The position numbers and the translations under genes are program-made. Shown piece after piece: positions 13,121 through 29,269 of a stretch of 64,000 nt of DNA (position 1 is the first letter of the stretch; each line of letters begins with the position of its first letter). The stretch lies in NCBI RefSeq assembly GCF_009914755.1, contig NC_060939.1; one strand, given 5' to 3'. The DNA comes from the human T2T-CHM13v2.0 reference genome, Homo sapiens. Below the pieces are notes generated by a model that saw nothing but the letters and a program-made list of their open reading frames with translations, did not search any database and was not told the origin of the DNA.

Positions 13121-15370
13121 TGTATTAGTTCATTCACACACTGCTATAAAGAACTACCTTAGACTGGGTAATTTATGAAGAAAAGAGATTTCGTTGACTC
13201 ACAGTTCTGCAGACCTAACAGAAAGCATGGCTGGGAGGCCTCAGGAAACTTAAAAACATGGCAGAAGGAGAAGGGGAAGCAGGCACGTCTTACCAGGGCG
13301 ACCCCATGATCCCATCACCATCAGGCCCCTCCTCCAATTCGACATGAGATTTGGGCAGGGACACAAATCCAAACCCTATTATTCTGCCCCTGGCCCCTCC
13401 CAAATCTCATGTCCTTTTCACATTTCAAAATACAATTATCCCTTCTCAACAGTCCCCCAGTATTAACTCATTTCAACATTAACTCAAAAGTCCGAAGTCC
13501 AAAGTCTCATCTGAGACAAGGTAAGTCCTTTCCACCTATGAGCCTGTAAAAATAAAATAAAATAATTAGTTACTTCCAAGATACAATGAGGGTACAGGCA
13601 TTGGGTAAATGCTCCCATTCCAAATGGGAGATATTAGCCAAAACAAAGGGGCTACAGGCCTTATGCAAGTCCAAAACCCAGCAGGGCAGTCATTAAATCT
13701 TGAAACTCCAAAATAATCTCCTTGGACTCCATGTCTCACATCCAGGGTACACTGACGTAAGGGGTGGGTTCTCCAAGCCTTGGGCAGTTCCACCCCTGGG
13801 GAGGAGCTGTGCAGGGTACAGCCTCTGTGGCTGCTTTCATGGGCTGGTGTTGAGGGCCTTTGGTTTTTATAGGTGCACAGTGCAAGCTGTTGGTAGAGCT
13901 ATCATTCTGGGATCTGGAGGATGGTGGCCCTATTCTCACAACTCCACTAGGCAGTGCCTCAGTGGGGACTTTGTGTAAGGGCTCCAACCCCACATTTCCC
14001 CTCTGCACTGCCCCAGTGGAGATTCTCCATGAGGGCTCCACCCCTGCAGCAGAATTCTGCCTGCACACCAGGTGTTTCCATACGTCCTCTGAAATCGAGG
14101 CAGATGTTCTCAGACCTCAATTCTTGTCTTTGGCACACATGCAGGCTCAACACCATATGGAAGCTGCCAAGGCTTGGGGTTTGCACCTTCTGAAGCCACT
14201 GCCTGAGTTGCGCCTTGGCCCCTTTTAGGCATGGCTGGTGCTGGAGTGGCTGGGATGCAGGGTTCCATGTCCCAAGGCTGCACAGAGAAGCTAGGCCCTG
14301 GGCCTGGCCCACTAAATCATTTTTCCCTTCTAGGCCTCCAGGCCTGTGATGGGAGGGGGTGCTGTAAAGGTCTCTGAAATGCCTTGGAGACTCCATTCTT
14401 GGCTATTAACATTTGGCTCCTCTTTACATATGCAAATTTCTGCAGCAGGCTTGAATTTCTCCCCAGAAAATGGGTTTTTCTTTTCTATCACATGGTCAGT
14501 CTGCAAATTTTACAAACTTTTGTGCTGTTTCCCTTTTAAATGTAAGTTCCAGTTTCAAATAATCTCTTTGTTCATGCATATGACTGTACATGTTTAGAAA
14601 CAGCCAGGTCACCTCTTGAATGCTTTGCTGCTTAGAAATTTCTTCCACCAGATACCCTAAATCATCTCTCTCAAGTTCAAAGTTCCACAGGTCTCTAGGG
14701 AAGGGGCAAAATACCACCAGTCTCTTTGCTAAAGCATAGCAACAGTGACCTTTACTCCAATTCCCAACAAGTTCTTCATCTCCATGTGAGACCACCTCCA
14801 CCTGGACTTCGTTGTTCATATCATTATCAGCATTTTGGTCAAAACCATTCAACAAGTCTCTAGGAAGTTCCAAACCTTCCCACGTCTTCCTTTCTTCTTC
14901 TGAGCCCTTCAAACTGTTCCAACCTCTGCTCTTTACCCAGTTCCAAAGCCGCTTCCACATTTTCAGGTATCTTTATAGCAATGCCCCACTCCCGTACCAA
15001 TTTTCTGTATTAGTCTGTTCTCACACTGCTATAAAGAACTACCTGAGACTGGGTAATTTATGAAGAAAAGAAGTTTAATTGACTCACAGTTCTGCAGGCT
15101 TAACAGGAAGCATGGTAGGGAGGCCTCAGGAAACTTATAATCATAGCAGAAGGCAAAGGGGAAGAAAGCACATCTTACTGTGGTGACGGGAGAGAGAGAG
15201 CAAAGGGGAAAGTGCCACATACCCGTAGACCATCAGATCTCATGAGAACTCACTCTGACAACAAAAAAAGCATGGGGGAAATCTTCCCCCATGATCCAAT
15301 CACCTCCCACCAGGCCCCTCCTCAAATTTGACATGTGATTTGAGTAGGGACACAAATCCAAACCATATCA
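13121..15370 (-). mobile_element. Complete MaLR provirus (MSTA/THE1D-like): LTR-int-LTR
   Basis: Two homologous LTRs (about 13121-13380 and 15007-15370) around a 1.6-kb internal region, with a perfect TSD GATAT (13116-13120 / 15371-15375). Confidence 0.92.
14496..14960 (-). pseudogene. MaLR internal (gag-derived) ORF remnant, 154 aa
   Basis: RGWNSL.GSEE.RK.WE.LELPRDLLNGFDQNAD...GDEELVGNWSKG..CYALAKRL is the typical THE1/MST-int ORF peptide. Confidence 0.8.
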
Positions 15371-16749
15371 GATATGGTCATATAAATTTTATTTTTTTAC
15401 CTGTTGATGTGGTAGATAGCATTGTTTTCCAGTGTTGAACCAGCTTTGCATATCTGAAATAAATTGGTTGTGGAATACAATTCTTTTATACCTTGTTGGA
15501 TTCAAGTTACAAATATTTTTTGAGGATTTGTGTATTTGTTCCTGAGAGATATTAGTCTATAGTTTTTCTTACTCTTACTAATAATGATTTATCTGATTTT
15601 AGTATCAGAGAAGTGCTGGCCTCATAGAATGCATTAGAAAGTGTTCCCTCTGCTTCTATTTTCCAGAAGAGATTGTAGAGAATTATTGTATTTTCTGTCT
15701 TAAATGTGTGATACAATGCACCAGTGAAACTATCTGATCCTTCTGCTGACATTCTTGGAAGGTTATTAACTCCTGATTTATTTTTTATACATATTGACCT
15801 GTAATGATTATCTATTTCGTCTTTGATGAGTTTGGTAGTTTGCATTTTGCAAGTAATTGGCCCATTTCATATAAGTTATCAAATTCGGGGTCACGGAGTT
15901 ATTCATCATATTATTTTACTATCTTTTCACATTGAAGGGATTCCTGCTGATGACATATCTTAAATTTCTGATATTAATAATTTTGGTCTTCTCTGTATTT
16001 TTCTCAGTCTGACTAGAAGTTTATCAATTATATTGATCTCTTTAAAGAACTAGCTTCTGATTTTATTTTCTCTTATTTTCCATTTTTTATGTTCATCGAC
16101 TTCTGCTCTAATTTTGCTTATTTGTTTGCTTTAGGCTTAAATTTTTTTTTCTATTCATAATTCCCAAATGTGGAAGCTTAGATTATTGATTTTAAATCTT
16201 CTTCCTTTGTAATATATGCATTTAATGCTATAAATTTTTCTCTAAGTATTATTTTCATTGCATTCTACATATTTTGATAATTTGAATTCTCATTTTCAGT
16301 TAGGTCAAAATATTTTGTAAAAATTTTTCTTGAGGCTCCTTCTTGACCCATGTGTTATTTGAGGTTAATTTATAAGCATTTTAGGATTTTTGTGGTATAT
16401 TTCTGTTGTTAATTTCTATTTTAATTCTATTGTCATCTGAGTTTATATTTTATATTTAATTTTTATTTAAACAAATACGTTAAATATGTTAAGGTGTGTT
16501 TTATGGCCAAACATGTGGCCTTTGTGAGTGTTTCAATGTGAGCTTGAGAAGAATGTATATTCTGCTGTCGTTCAATGAATTATTCTATAAAAGTTAATTA
16601 GATTCAGTTGATTGATGTTTCAGTTCAGTTCAACTTACATCTTGTTGGAGAATTAGCCTCATCAATCTTTGTGTAAGTCTCTGCTTTATCCCTGCTATTT
16701 TTTTTTCTTTGGAAGCCTGCTTTGTCTTAAGTTAATAGCTGCCCTGAGA

Positions 16750-19700
16750 GCATCCTGAAAGTTGGAATGGGTATGTGGGGCAAGACTCTGATGAAGCTGG
16801 GATCGTTAAGCCCCTACATTCTGATGAATCTTCTTTGCCAGTAGAAACAACTCTCCAGCCCAGTAGGAATGGCTGCTCTGAACCTATTTGGGGCAATTAA
16901 CACTGTATAGCCTGAGGTGACTGCAATGGGCCCCCTGAGGTAGTTGCCATGCAAAACACAGCTGATTTTTTTCAGGACCCACCCCATAACTACACTCACA
17001 TCACAACAGGACTCTAAAGGCGAGGTAGAAAGTGTGACCCATGAAGAGGCGTGACACACTCCAAGGGAATTAGTTGTGTTTTCTTATTTATACAGACAAA
17101 AATCCAGGCTATATGTGCAGAAATGAATAGTAAGTGTGTGGGCTAATGAGAGAAAGTTAGATCAGGGTAAGTTTATTGATATGGGCCCACTAAGCAGAGA
17201 CTCTGCATTTAATATTGTAGCTTGGGGAGTCAGAAAGGACTCTAACAGTTTGGTTGGTGGACCCAAAAAGGGATCAAAAGGTGGCCCACAGCAAGGGAGT
17301 TAAAATATAAATGCCAGGTGTGCCTTGGTTTAATGCCGAAGAAGGGATTAAAGGCTTAAAGACATTGGGATGTTAGAGTGGATTTTCCATTTAAGACCTA
17401 CTTATATGCCCTGGGAGGCTTCAAAAGACATACCTTTCACCAAAATGGTGAGAAATAAATTTTTGAGGAGAGCCTCAGCATCCTTGATGTGTTTGTTCTC
17501 TATAGGCAAGATTTTTAGTGGAAACTAGAGTCACTGAATTGGGAAAACTAAATGTAATGGGAGTAACTGGATCCCAGGTTGGCAGGAGCCAAGTACCAGC
17601 ATTCAGCCACCAAAATCCAGGTGGGCCTAGCTGACACAGTGGACAGCAATGTCACAGCAGCCACTAGAATAGTCTCACTCGTGGAGACCTATGGCATTGG
17701 CTAGTTGATCGTGGTGCTCCTAGAAGTGAAATAGATAGGAAGCCAACTAAATTCTTACTTGATCTGTATAAGCAGAAAAAGTTGTAGGTCAAGTGAATAA
17801 AAGTCTAACTCTAATACTGAAAAACAGAGAATCATGATCCCTCAATCAATTATCAGAGGCAAAGTAAGGCCTTTATTCTTCCTGTAAGGGATAAAAGCCA
17901 AGTCCCCTTGAGGAAGAAACCCATGACACTGCCAAAAATTTATAATGTTAATCTCTTTCTCAGCCTTCCCCAGAGGAGCTTATGGCCTTTTAACAAGATG
18001 ACTAAGCATTAGGGAAAAGTAAATAATCAGACATTTTGGTGACTGCTGGACACTGGCTCTGAATTGACACTAATTCCTGGTGGCACTGAACACCACTGTG
18101 ACTCAACAGTCAGAGTAGGGGTTATGCAGATCAGGTGATCAGTGGAGTTTTAGCTCATCTTATAGTAGATTCAGGTAATCTCTGAACCCATCCTGTGGTT
18201 ATTTCCCAGTTCCAGAGTGCATAATTGGAATGGACATATTCAGCAACTATCAGAATCCCCACATTGGTTCTCTGACCTGTGGAGTGAGGGCCATTATCAT
18301 AGGAACTGCCTGTACCTAAACAATGTAAACCAAAAGCCATACTGCATTCTTGGAGAGATTACAGAGGTTAGTGCTACTCTCAAGGACTTTGAAAGATGCA
18401 GGCGTGGCAGTTGCTACCATATCCACATTCAATTGTGCTATTTGGACTGTGCAGAAGACAGATGGACCTTAGAGAATGACAGTGGATTCATGAGCTTAAT
18501 CAAGTATTAACTTTAATTGTAGCTGCTTTAGCAGATGTGGTTTCATTACTTAAGCAAATTAACACATCCCCTGGTACCTGGTATCTGAGATCTGGCAAAT
18601 GCCTTTTTTTTTCTGTATCTGTTTCGAAAGGCCATTAGAAGCAGTTTGCTTTCAACCTGCAAGGCCAACAATACAAATTGAGTGTCCTATCCCAAGGGTA
18701 TATCAGCTCTCCAGCCCTGTGTCATAAATTCAGTTCATACAGAACTTGAGGCCTTTTCCTTCCACCAGATACCACGCTGGTCCATTATCTTAATGACATT
18801 ATACTGATTTAACCTAGTGAGTGTGAAGTAGCAACCACTCTGAACTTATTGGTAAGACATTTGCATGTCAGAGGGTAGGAAATAAATCCAACTAAAATGC
18901 AAGGGCATTCTACCTCAGTGAAGTTTCTAGGGGCCTAGTGCTGTGGGGTGTGTCAAAATATCCCTTGTAAGGTGAAAGAGAGTTGCAACATCCCGTCCCT
19001 CCTATAACCAAGAAAGAGGCTCAAGGCCTAGAGGCCTCTTAGTATTTTGGAGGCAACGTATTCCTCATTCAGGTCCAACCCATTTACAAAGTGAACTAAA
19101 AAGCTGCGAGTTTTGAGTGGAGCCTAGAAAAGAGAAGGTTCTGCAAAAGGCCTACATTACTGTGCAGCTGCTGTGCCCCTTGAGCCACATGAGCCATCAG
19201 ATCCAATGGTACTTGAAGTGTCAGTGGCAGGGAGAAGTGCTGTGTGGAGCCTTTGGCAGGCCCTTTTAAGTGAATCGCAGTGCAGACATAGGACTCTGGA
19301 GAAAGGATCTGCCATCCCCTGTGAATAACTACTGTCTTTCTGAGGAACAGCTTTTGGCCTATTCCTGGGCCCTTTTAGAGCCTGAACACCTAATCCTGGT
19401 CCATCAAATTACCATGCAAGCTGAGTTGGCCATTATGAGCTGGGTATTTTCTTACCCACCAACTCAAGAGGTAGATGTGCACAGTAACAATCTATCGTCA
19501 AATGGAAGTAGTATATGTAAGATTGAGCTTGAGCAGGCCCTAATGGCACAGTTAAGTTACATGAAGAAATGACACAAATGTCCATGCCTTCCGTAGAAGC
19601 CTGAACCTATGGCCTCATGGAGAGTTCCCTATGATCAATTGTAGAGGAAAAGAATCTCAAGCCTGGTTTACAGATAGTTCTGCAGCATATGCAGACACTA

Positions 19701-20905
19701 CCGAAAAGTGGACAGCTGCAGCACTGCGACCCTCTCTGGATCATTCCTGAAGAACACTGATAAAGAAAAAATCCTCTCCATGGGCAAAACTTCAAGCAGC
19801 ACACCTGGTTGTTCACTTTATTTACAATGAGAAATGGCCAGCAATGAGATTCTATACTGATTTATGAGCTGTGGCAAATGGTTTGGCTTAATGGTCATGT
19901 CCTTAGAAGGAACAATATAGGAGTATTGGTGAAAACCAAGTATGGAGAAGAGGTATGAGAGTAGACCTCTTTGAATGAGAGAAAAACATGAAGATATCTG
20001 TGTCCCATGTGAATGCTTACCAAGATTTTAGTAATAAAATGGATAGAATGACTCATTCTGTGGATACAGTCAGTTTCTTTCCCCATCCACATTTGTCATA
20101 GTCCAATGGGCTCTTTGCCATTGTGGCAAAGATGGGGATTATGCATGGGCTTAGCAACACGGACTTCCACTCACCAAGGTTGACCTGACTATGGCCACTG
20201 TTGAATGCTCAATCAGTCAGCAGAAGAAACAGCACTGATTACTTGATACAGGATCATTCTTCGAGATGATCAGTCAGTAACCTGGGGCAGGTTGATTACA
20301 TTCTATTGCTTCCATTATGGGAAAAGCAGGGTTTTGTTTCTACTAGACAAGGCACTTACCCTGAATATGTATTTTCCTTCCTTGCATGCAATGCTTCTAC
20401 TAAGACTACAATCTGTGGACTTACAGAATGCATTAGTCACTGTTATGTTATTCCACACAGCATTGTTGCTGATCAAGGAACTCACTTCACAACAAACAAA
20501 GTGCAGCAACGGGCTCATGCTCATGGAATTCATTGGCCTTTCTATGTTCCCCACCATGCTACAAAAGCAGGCTTGGTAAGATAGTGGAATGGCTCTTTGA
20601 AGACTCAGTCACAGAGTCAGCTAGATGGCAATACCTTGCATGGCTGGGACAAAGTTCTCCAAAAGGCTGAATATGCTTTAAATCAGTGTCTAATATATGG
20701 TTCTGTTTCTCCCATGGCCAAATGCATAGGTCCAAGAATCAAGGGGTAGATATGGGAGTGACACAACTCACCATTACCCCTGGTGACCACTAGCGGAATG
20801 TTTGCTTCCTGTTCCCATGACTTTATACTCTGCTGGGCTAGGGGTCTTAGTTCCAAAGGGAGGAATACTTCCACCAGGAAACAAAATGATTCCATTGAAC
20901 CTGAA
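16750..20905 (+). mobile_element. ERVL/HERVL-like internal region (decayed gag-pro-pol-dUTPase), no LTRs seen
   Basis: Motifs appear in ERVL order: protease LLDTGSELTLIP (18043-18078), RT DLANAFF (18589), VLSQGYISSPALCH (18684), VHYLND (decayed YxDD, 18780-18797), RNase H AWFTDSS (19661), integrase ADQGTHFT (20468), dUTPase start VLVPKGGILPPG (20844). Many stops and frameshifts. Confidence 0.9.
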
Positions 20906-21719
20906 GGCTGCTGTCACCTTTCTCAGCACACAAATGATGGGGATGTAAGGCTGGTGCTCATGGAATTGCAATTGCCTCTTGTCTTTAAAGGCAGTTAATT
21001 TCTACCCAGTTTCTGAGACTGTGGAAGGAAAGCAGACAAGGTCTCTGCTTGACTAGTAGATTTTGCTCTTCCCCACCCTCACCATAAAGTTCAAAGGCAC
21101 AAACTGAAAAGATTTTGAAAGCTGGCTCAAAGCCTTTTTCTTCTGTTAACAAAAAGTTAGAGTATTTTGCTTGGGAGGATCAGTTTCATAATTGTATCAG
21201 TGCTCCTATTCTAGAATTTCTAGAGCCAATTCTTCAGTAATGGGCATCTCAAGCAAGCACATGCAAGTTGTATGTTTATTAACAATTTTTTTTTAAACTG
21301 GCAACGCTTCTCATGTTCCCTTACAGAGGGAGGAAGACATATCTGGAGAGACTGTGGAAAGAGCAGAAGAAAACATAAACTGATTACACCCACAGAACAA
21401 TTGCTGATGGAACATGAAGGATGCTTTAGGGAAAGCACCCTGATGTTTCACATTCAAATTGCCTCATCATGTGTTTTTAAGGTGCTGCCTGTCTCCAGGC
21501 ACAGAGGTGCCTGGAACTAAAACCTCAGTGTTTGTCCTCTCTGTATTATCCTTGGCTCCAGAGCAAGGAGAGAGTTCCAGGACAGGTGTGTACAGTGTTT
21601 GCAGGTGAATCTGCATGTTGGTCTGTGCACTCGTTTCTCCTTTCCACCCCAGCAGTCAGTGGTGATTTATAAGCATCCTTCTGCATGCCCTTGTGATGTG
21701 AGGGAAAGAGCAGAAACAT

Positions 21720-21890
21720 TTGGTTTAGAAAATAAATGGAGTCTAAGTAAGACCTTGAGCCTTTAGTGGGTTAGTTGTCAGCTTTTGGACAGATCCCTTT
21801 ACCTTCTTACCCTTAGCTTTCTCCCCTATGAAACAGGGCCATGATCTTGTAAAAGGATGAAAATGACATGAGTAATTGCAAATAATTATA
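21720..21890 (+). mobile_element. MIR fragment
   Basis: ttggacagatccctttaccttcttacccttagctttctcccctatgaaacaggg resembles the MIR core. Confidence 0.5.
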
Positions 21891-22215
21891 AACATCAGGG
21901 AAAATTCAATCTACATCTACTACGCCTTCCATTCCTTTTCAACTATGTTATACATTTCTTTTAACTTTAGCTATTCATGGTGCAAGGGATCTTCCAGATC
22001 TCTAGAAAGCTAATTCAAAGACTGACATTAGAAAACTTTACAGAAAAAAAAAGATTAAAGAGTTGCAGGCATGGGTGCAAAGAGCAACATAGCTGCTAAA
22101 GGAAGCTTGAAATCTTTGTCTAGTCCTGGGGACCCAGCTGGAGTTGTCAGGAATCAGCAGAGCAGGTGTTCAGCTGAGGTTTGGAAGAATTCTTAGCCCA
22201 TTGAAATACTTTATG

Positions 22216-22840
<625 letters not shown>

Positions 22841-24139
22841 TCATAAAAATGCTAAAATATTTATCCAGAATGCTCATTTATTTCTAGGATGAGGTTTATG
22901 CATTTCATCATGCAAAAAGTTCTGTTCAGGTCAGGACTAGAACAAATATTAATATATATTTACAAATGTTTGCAATGTACAAAAGGCTCTGTTAGTGATC
23001 TGCTGTAAAGAAAAAGAAAGGCTGCATCAGCCTTTGAAGTTTTGTTTGCCTTTGAAGCTGGAGGAAGTCATATTGCCTGAGTGCTGCTCTTCACATTAAG
23101 AAGGTAGGGCCACTTGAGGGACACCATCTGACAGGCTGCAATCTAGGAGAGACCTACAGGGTTCCAAAGGCTCAGTGTGCTAATTTCTGAAACAGGATAG
23201 AACCTCCCATCACCTCAGAGCGATGGGACGGCAGGCAGGCCTTGGCGAGCCTCACTTCATCTCCACCCTCTTCATGAAGCCCCTGACTTTTAGTTCTCTG
23301 CCTAACAGTCCAGAAGGGACTGGCCATTTCCAGCTAAAGGTCAGGCTGTCTTAGGCATAGTTGAAGTAACAGAATCATCCTTATTGCTGGTTGCTTTTTT
23401 CACTTTTATTTCTTTATTTCCTCTTCTCTTGAGGCTTTCAGAGGCACATTTTGGTGAGAGAAAATAAGTCTAAACATTTATGAATTAGAAATATTGGCTT
23501 CTGGCATCCTTGTGCCAGTTGTGTGGGAATCTATTTCTTAATAAGATCATAATTAAGAGCACGGTTGCAGATTGTGACTGTGTTTACAGGGGCCACTGAA
23601 CTTGGCCTGTAAATAACAAACAAAGTCATAAAAACTATCCAGAGAATAAAAGGTGCATCCTACAGTGAAGCCCTAAGAGACAGTAGTCCCCAGGCTGGCT
23701 GGAGAGCAGCACAGTAGCCACTCTGCTGCAGCGGGAAGGGATTGAGGAGATGTCACGGAGTCTGAGTGGCAGAGCCAGGGCCAGATCCAGCCCATGAGGT
23801 CACAGGCTGAGGAGTTTCTGAGTTTCAGAGCCACAGGCACAGCCCAACCCCAGGACTGAAAGATGCCAGTTACTCATCCAGTCCCCAAGGAGTTCCTGCC
23901 GCTGACCTTTGAGAGAGAAGACCCCAGGGAACAAGCCTTTCACCAGAAGGGGGAAACTGGAGCTTGAGTAGCTGACATTAAATACTCATGTTGTCTTTGG
24001 TTATAGATTTAATCTCCCTGACTCTGTTTATTTTTCGTTTTTGTCTTTCATCATGAGTATGTGGTCCTAAAGCAGTGAATCTCAAACTATGTTTCTAAAG
24101 CATCTGAACCTGCTGGGAAATGAAAAGTTACCCACTATT

Positions 24140-24308
24140 TAATATAAATATACATGCATATACACATACACATACAAATGCATATACAAATACATATGCA
24201 AATACATGCACAAGTGCATATACATGAGCATGTATCCACGCATATCATATACATGTACACATACACATACATACATATACACATATAGACATATGCATAT
24301 ACATAGAC
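24140..24308. repeat. (CATA/CA)n simple repeat
   Basis: Degenerate catata/cacata runs. Confidence 0.9.
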
Positions 24309-25269
24309 AAAAGTATAGCTGTTTTGGCTGAAGCTCCGGTCTCACTCACTCAACTCACACTCACCCTCTCCCTCGTCTGGCCTTCATAGTGACACCTAAG
24401 CACCCTCACAAAAAGCCTAGGCTCTGCCCAACTCCACTTTAAAACCACTGAGCTTTGATTCAGTCAAAAGCTTGTCCTCACCAACCAGCTTGCCAGTGAA
24501 TCTGAAAATGTGGACCTTTGCGTGAGTCAGTGCTTTCTGACATCAAAATCTCTTGAAGGAAAGAGGATCGTTCCCCTATTTTAAAGATTGAATTTGGCAA
24601 AAAATTTAAAAAAAAGAAGTAAGAATTTCAAGCCAGATGGAAAAAATCTTTAGGGCTAAACAAAATCTCATAAAATGAATGAGGAGGAACTAAGCATAAA
24701 CTATGTGATATTAATGGGTTAGAGATGTGCAGAAGTTTAGGGAAGATATTATACATGAGCAGAGCATTTAGAGATTGATGGGTTTCTGGATAAGTGGAGG
24801 GAAGCAGTGTAGGAGGAAAAAGCCATGGGTAAAATAAAAGTTCCTGATGATCACAGATGTCACAGGACTGGAGGAGTTTGTGCTATAAAAGGGAGAGGGA
24901 TCGTAGTTGAGATAATGAGAAGATGAGAGAGACTCGTAGGAGCCTCATTATGGAATCTACGGAGGGCTGATAAGGGCAGGGCTGATCCTGTCACTCAGAT
25001 AGGATGTAGAACGCTATCTCTGAGTGGGACAAGAACTCTGCCAGGCTGGTTCAGGACCGAGCGAGTGAGGGTGAGGTCTTGCTCAGCATTTTCAATGAGT
25101 GGGCCAATCAGTGGCTCTATGAAAATGGCAGAGATTCCTTCCTTGGTCCCTGTTGGATAGTCACCTCGTAAAATTGATCCTAATTTCTGACAACTACTCA
25201 TGAAATATGCCTGCATTTTCCCATGCCAAACATTTGCAAACCATCTATTTGAAAAGTTTAAATGGATAT

Positions 25270-26521
<1,252 letters not shown>

Positions 26522-26749
26522 ACATGCATGCCCACACTTGCACATATATGCACACATGTGTGCACACACATATTTATAAGAAGAAAATATGGACAGCTGC
26601 TACAGTCTTCATTTCTGGCCACAGTATCGTAGCTAATATTTAACTCAACTAGTTGGGGATCCTTTTTCTTGTCGGGTGACCCAAACCTTAATTCCCAAAG
26701 GGTGTGAGTCCTTAGCAGTCCTGCCTTTGTGAGGTTGCTATTATTGTCC

Positions 26750-27508
<759 letters not shown>

Positions 27509-28849
27509 TTGTCCACTAACATTTTCTATTATGTGTGGCAGAGCCAAGAAGCACTCAAGAGCATCCCCTGGGTTTTTAGGGGGACATGGTTCTTCCTACC
27601 TCCCTTGTGAGCAGAAACCCAATTTCTGCTTAGGGATCAGCCAGGACAGTTACTCTATTCTTTATAGTGGAATAAGAAGCCTCAAATGACAGAATAAAGC
27701 CTCAGTATCCCATTCAACAGATACAGCCTTATTTTCTCCAGCAGAAGCACTTCTGTCTTAGGAACTAGAATCTCCAAACCAGCAAAGCACAAGATTCTGG
27801 AGGGAGAAGCAAAAATCCTGCAGAAGAAATATGAGAAGAGCCATTTCCAATTATGCCTCTTTGATTTCCAGACTCCTGTATTCTGTTGATTGATTGCTGC
27901 TTCAAAGCATATACTACTTCCAGAATGCTGTCACTTTATGGGCGCTGTAACTGAGTATTCTCAGGCCATTGTGCCATTATATCAGGACAAGGCAGAAATT
28001 GGTGGAGGTCAGTGTTACAATCTGCTTGCCCTATCATGTGGCTGAGTGGTTCCCCCGGGAAGTTAATGCTGCTGAACCCTTGAGTGGCTTCTATCACCAC
28101 TTCCTTAGCCACTTTATACCCAGACCCATTGAGCAAACACCCCGGAGCCTTCCAGCACACCCACTGAATGTGTCATCACATCCCCCTGATTCCTGAAAGT
28201 CTCCTGTGTAGCAGATGACCTTCAGGGAACATTCACGTGGGACACAGGTATGCCCCACCCTGTGTCCCTTCTGAGAAGTCCATTTACACATCTCTTCTTC
28301 AGTCTGTCACTAGTTATCCAATGCCATTCTTTCCCAGTCTCTGACCATCTACTCAGAGAACCACACATGAATTTGTGTAGATCTGTACTTCTGGCCATCT
28401 GTTACGCAGATAAAATGAAAAACTAAATTTTACTGCTACAAGTTTTGTCCACTGGGAAGCTATCCTTTTCCCTTTGTTCTTCAGCACTATCCTTGAGTGA
28501 GACAGTAGCATTGGCAGCGATCCACTTATGGCTGGTGCCAGCATAACAGAACCATCTGCAAACCAGCTGCCGTAGGCAACTCCCAATGAGGTCCTAAGTG
28601 TAAATTATGGGAAGAAAAGATGGAGAAGAAGGAAAAGATGGAATCGGAGTCCTTAGCAGTCACCTGCTCATGAAACCTGTTTCTGGACTTGCCGAATCTT
28701 ATTCTCCTCCCACCTTATGGCCTAGTGTGTCGGTGCATAGCCAATTCATGATGAACAGTGGTCATGAAGTTCTCATTTTGTCTTGACAAAGCTCAGTAGC
28801 ATAGCAAGATAAGAGTTGATTCTTAAAATAATAATTATATGCAGAGTAG

Positions 28850-29269
<420 letters not shown>

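Noticed and set aside
16750-20905. Domesticated ERVL gene
   Set aside because: It has many stops and frameshifts and a mutated RT catalytic motif; the longest ORFs are only about 100 aa.
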